Source: Hormoscilla sp. (GTDB lineage: Bacteria > Cyanobacteriota > Cyanobacteriia > Cyanobacteriales > Desertifilaceae). Taken from it: a stretch of 15,440 nt of DNA. Of this stretch, positions 15,212-15,440 are shown one piece after another; position 1 is the first letter of the stretch; the number at the start of each line of letters is the position of its first letter. Location: contig JBFRWI010000003.1 in the NCBI GenBank assembly GCA_051439505.1, positions 1 to 15,440 on the forward strand. Direction: 5' to 3'. The notes beneath the pieces are model-generated. The model did no database searches, was not told where the DNA came from, and saw nothing but the letters and a program-made list of their open reading frames with translations. Made by a program: the position numbers and the translations under genes.

Positions 15212-15440
15212 CTGTTATTTCTAATACGTCACCTTTGCGTTATTTGATACTGATTGACCAATTTGAACTATTGCCACAATTATTCGATCGCGTGTTCGTT
15301 CCCCAAGCAGTGTGCGATGAACTGGGGGCTTCCGTTGCCCCAACAATAGTGAGAAACTGGATTTCCAGCCCGCCAGACTGGCTGGAAATCCAATCGGTAT
15401 CTACGCCCCCGGACGTCCCACTGCAACGATTGGGTGCTGG
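15208..15440 (+). CDS. DUF3368 family PIN-domain toxin, truncated by the window edge
   Basis: ATGA overlap with UPF0175; reads MTVISNTSPLRYLILIDQFELLPQLFDRVFVPQAVCDEL...PPDWLEI. Confidence 0.88.
   Translation, partial: MTVISNTSPLRYLILIDQFELLPQLFDRVFVPQAVCDELGASVAPTIVRNWISSPPDWLEIQSVSTPPDVPLQRLGA

Overview
Cyanobacterial chromosomal DNA, judged from frequent HIP1 GCGATCGC octamers, heptamer tandem repeats, a cyanobacteriochrome-type GAF kinase, Uma2 and pentapeptide genes. The left 12 kb holds mostly ordinary genes: the 3' part of a multi-GAF histidine kinase, a DUF433/DUF5615 toxin-antitoxin pair, a PMCA-like P-type ATPase, Uma2, a pentapeptide repeat protein, a small hypothetical, DUF362 and gatB. 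The intergenic spaces are packed with small palindromic repeats. Downstream of gatB (about 12.2-15.4 kb) is an accessory region that looks like an integron-type cassette array with no integrase in the window. It contains PIN-type TA modules (intact, frameshifted and truncated) and an AT-rich methyltransferase. These are separated by short attC-like hairpins and by pieces of a longer repeated non-coding element that ends in a GTTRRRY-like core and carries a perfect 11-6-11 bp inverted repeat, the geometry of a tyrosine-recombinase site. A structured leader resembling a yybP-ykoY riboswitch may precede the ATPase. All family assignments come from reading motifs by eye; no searches were run.
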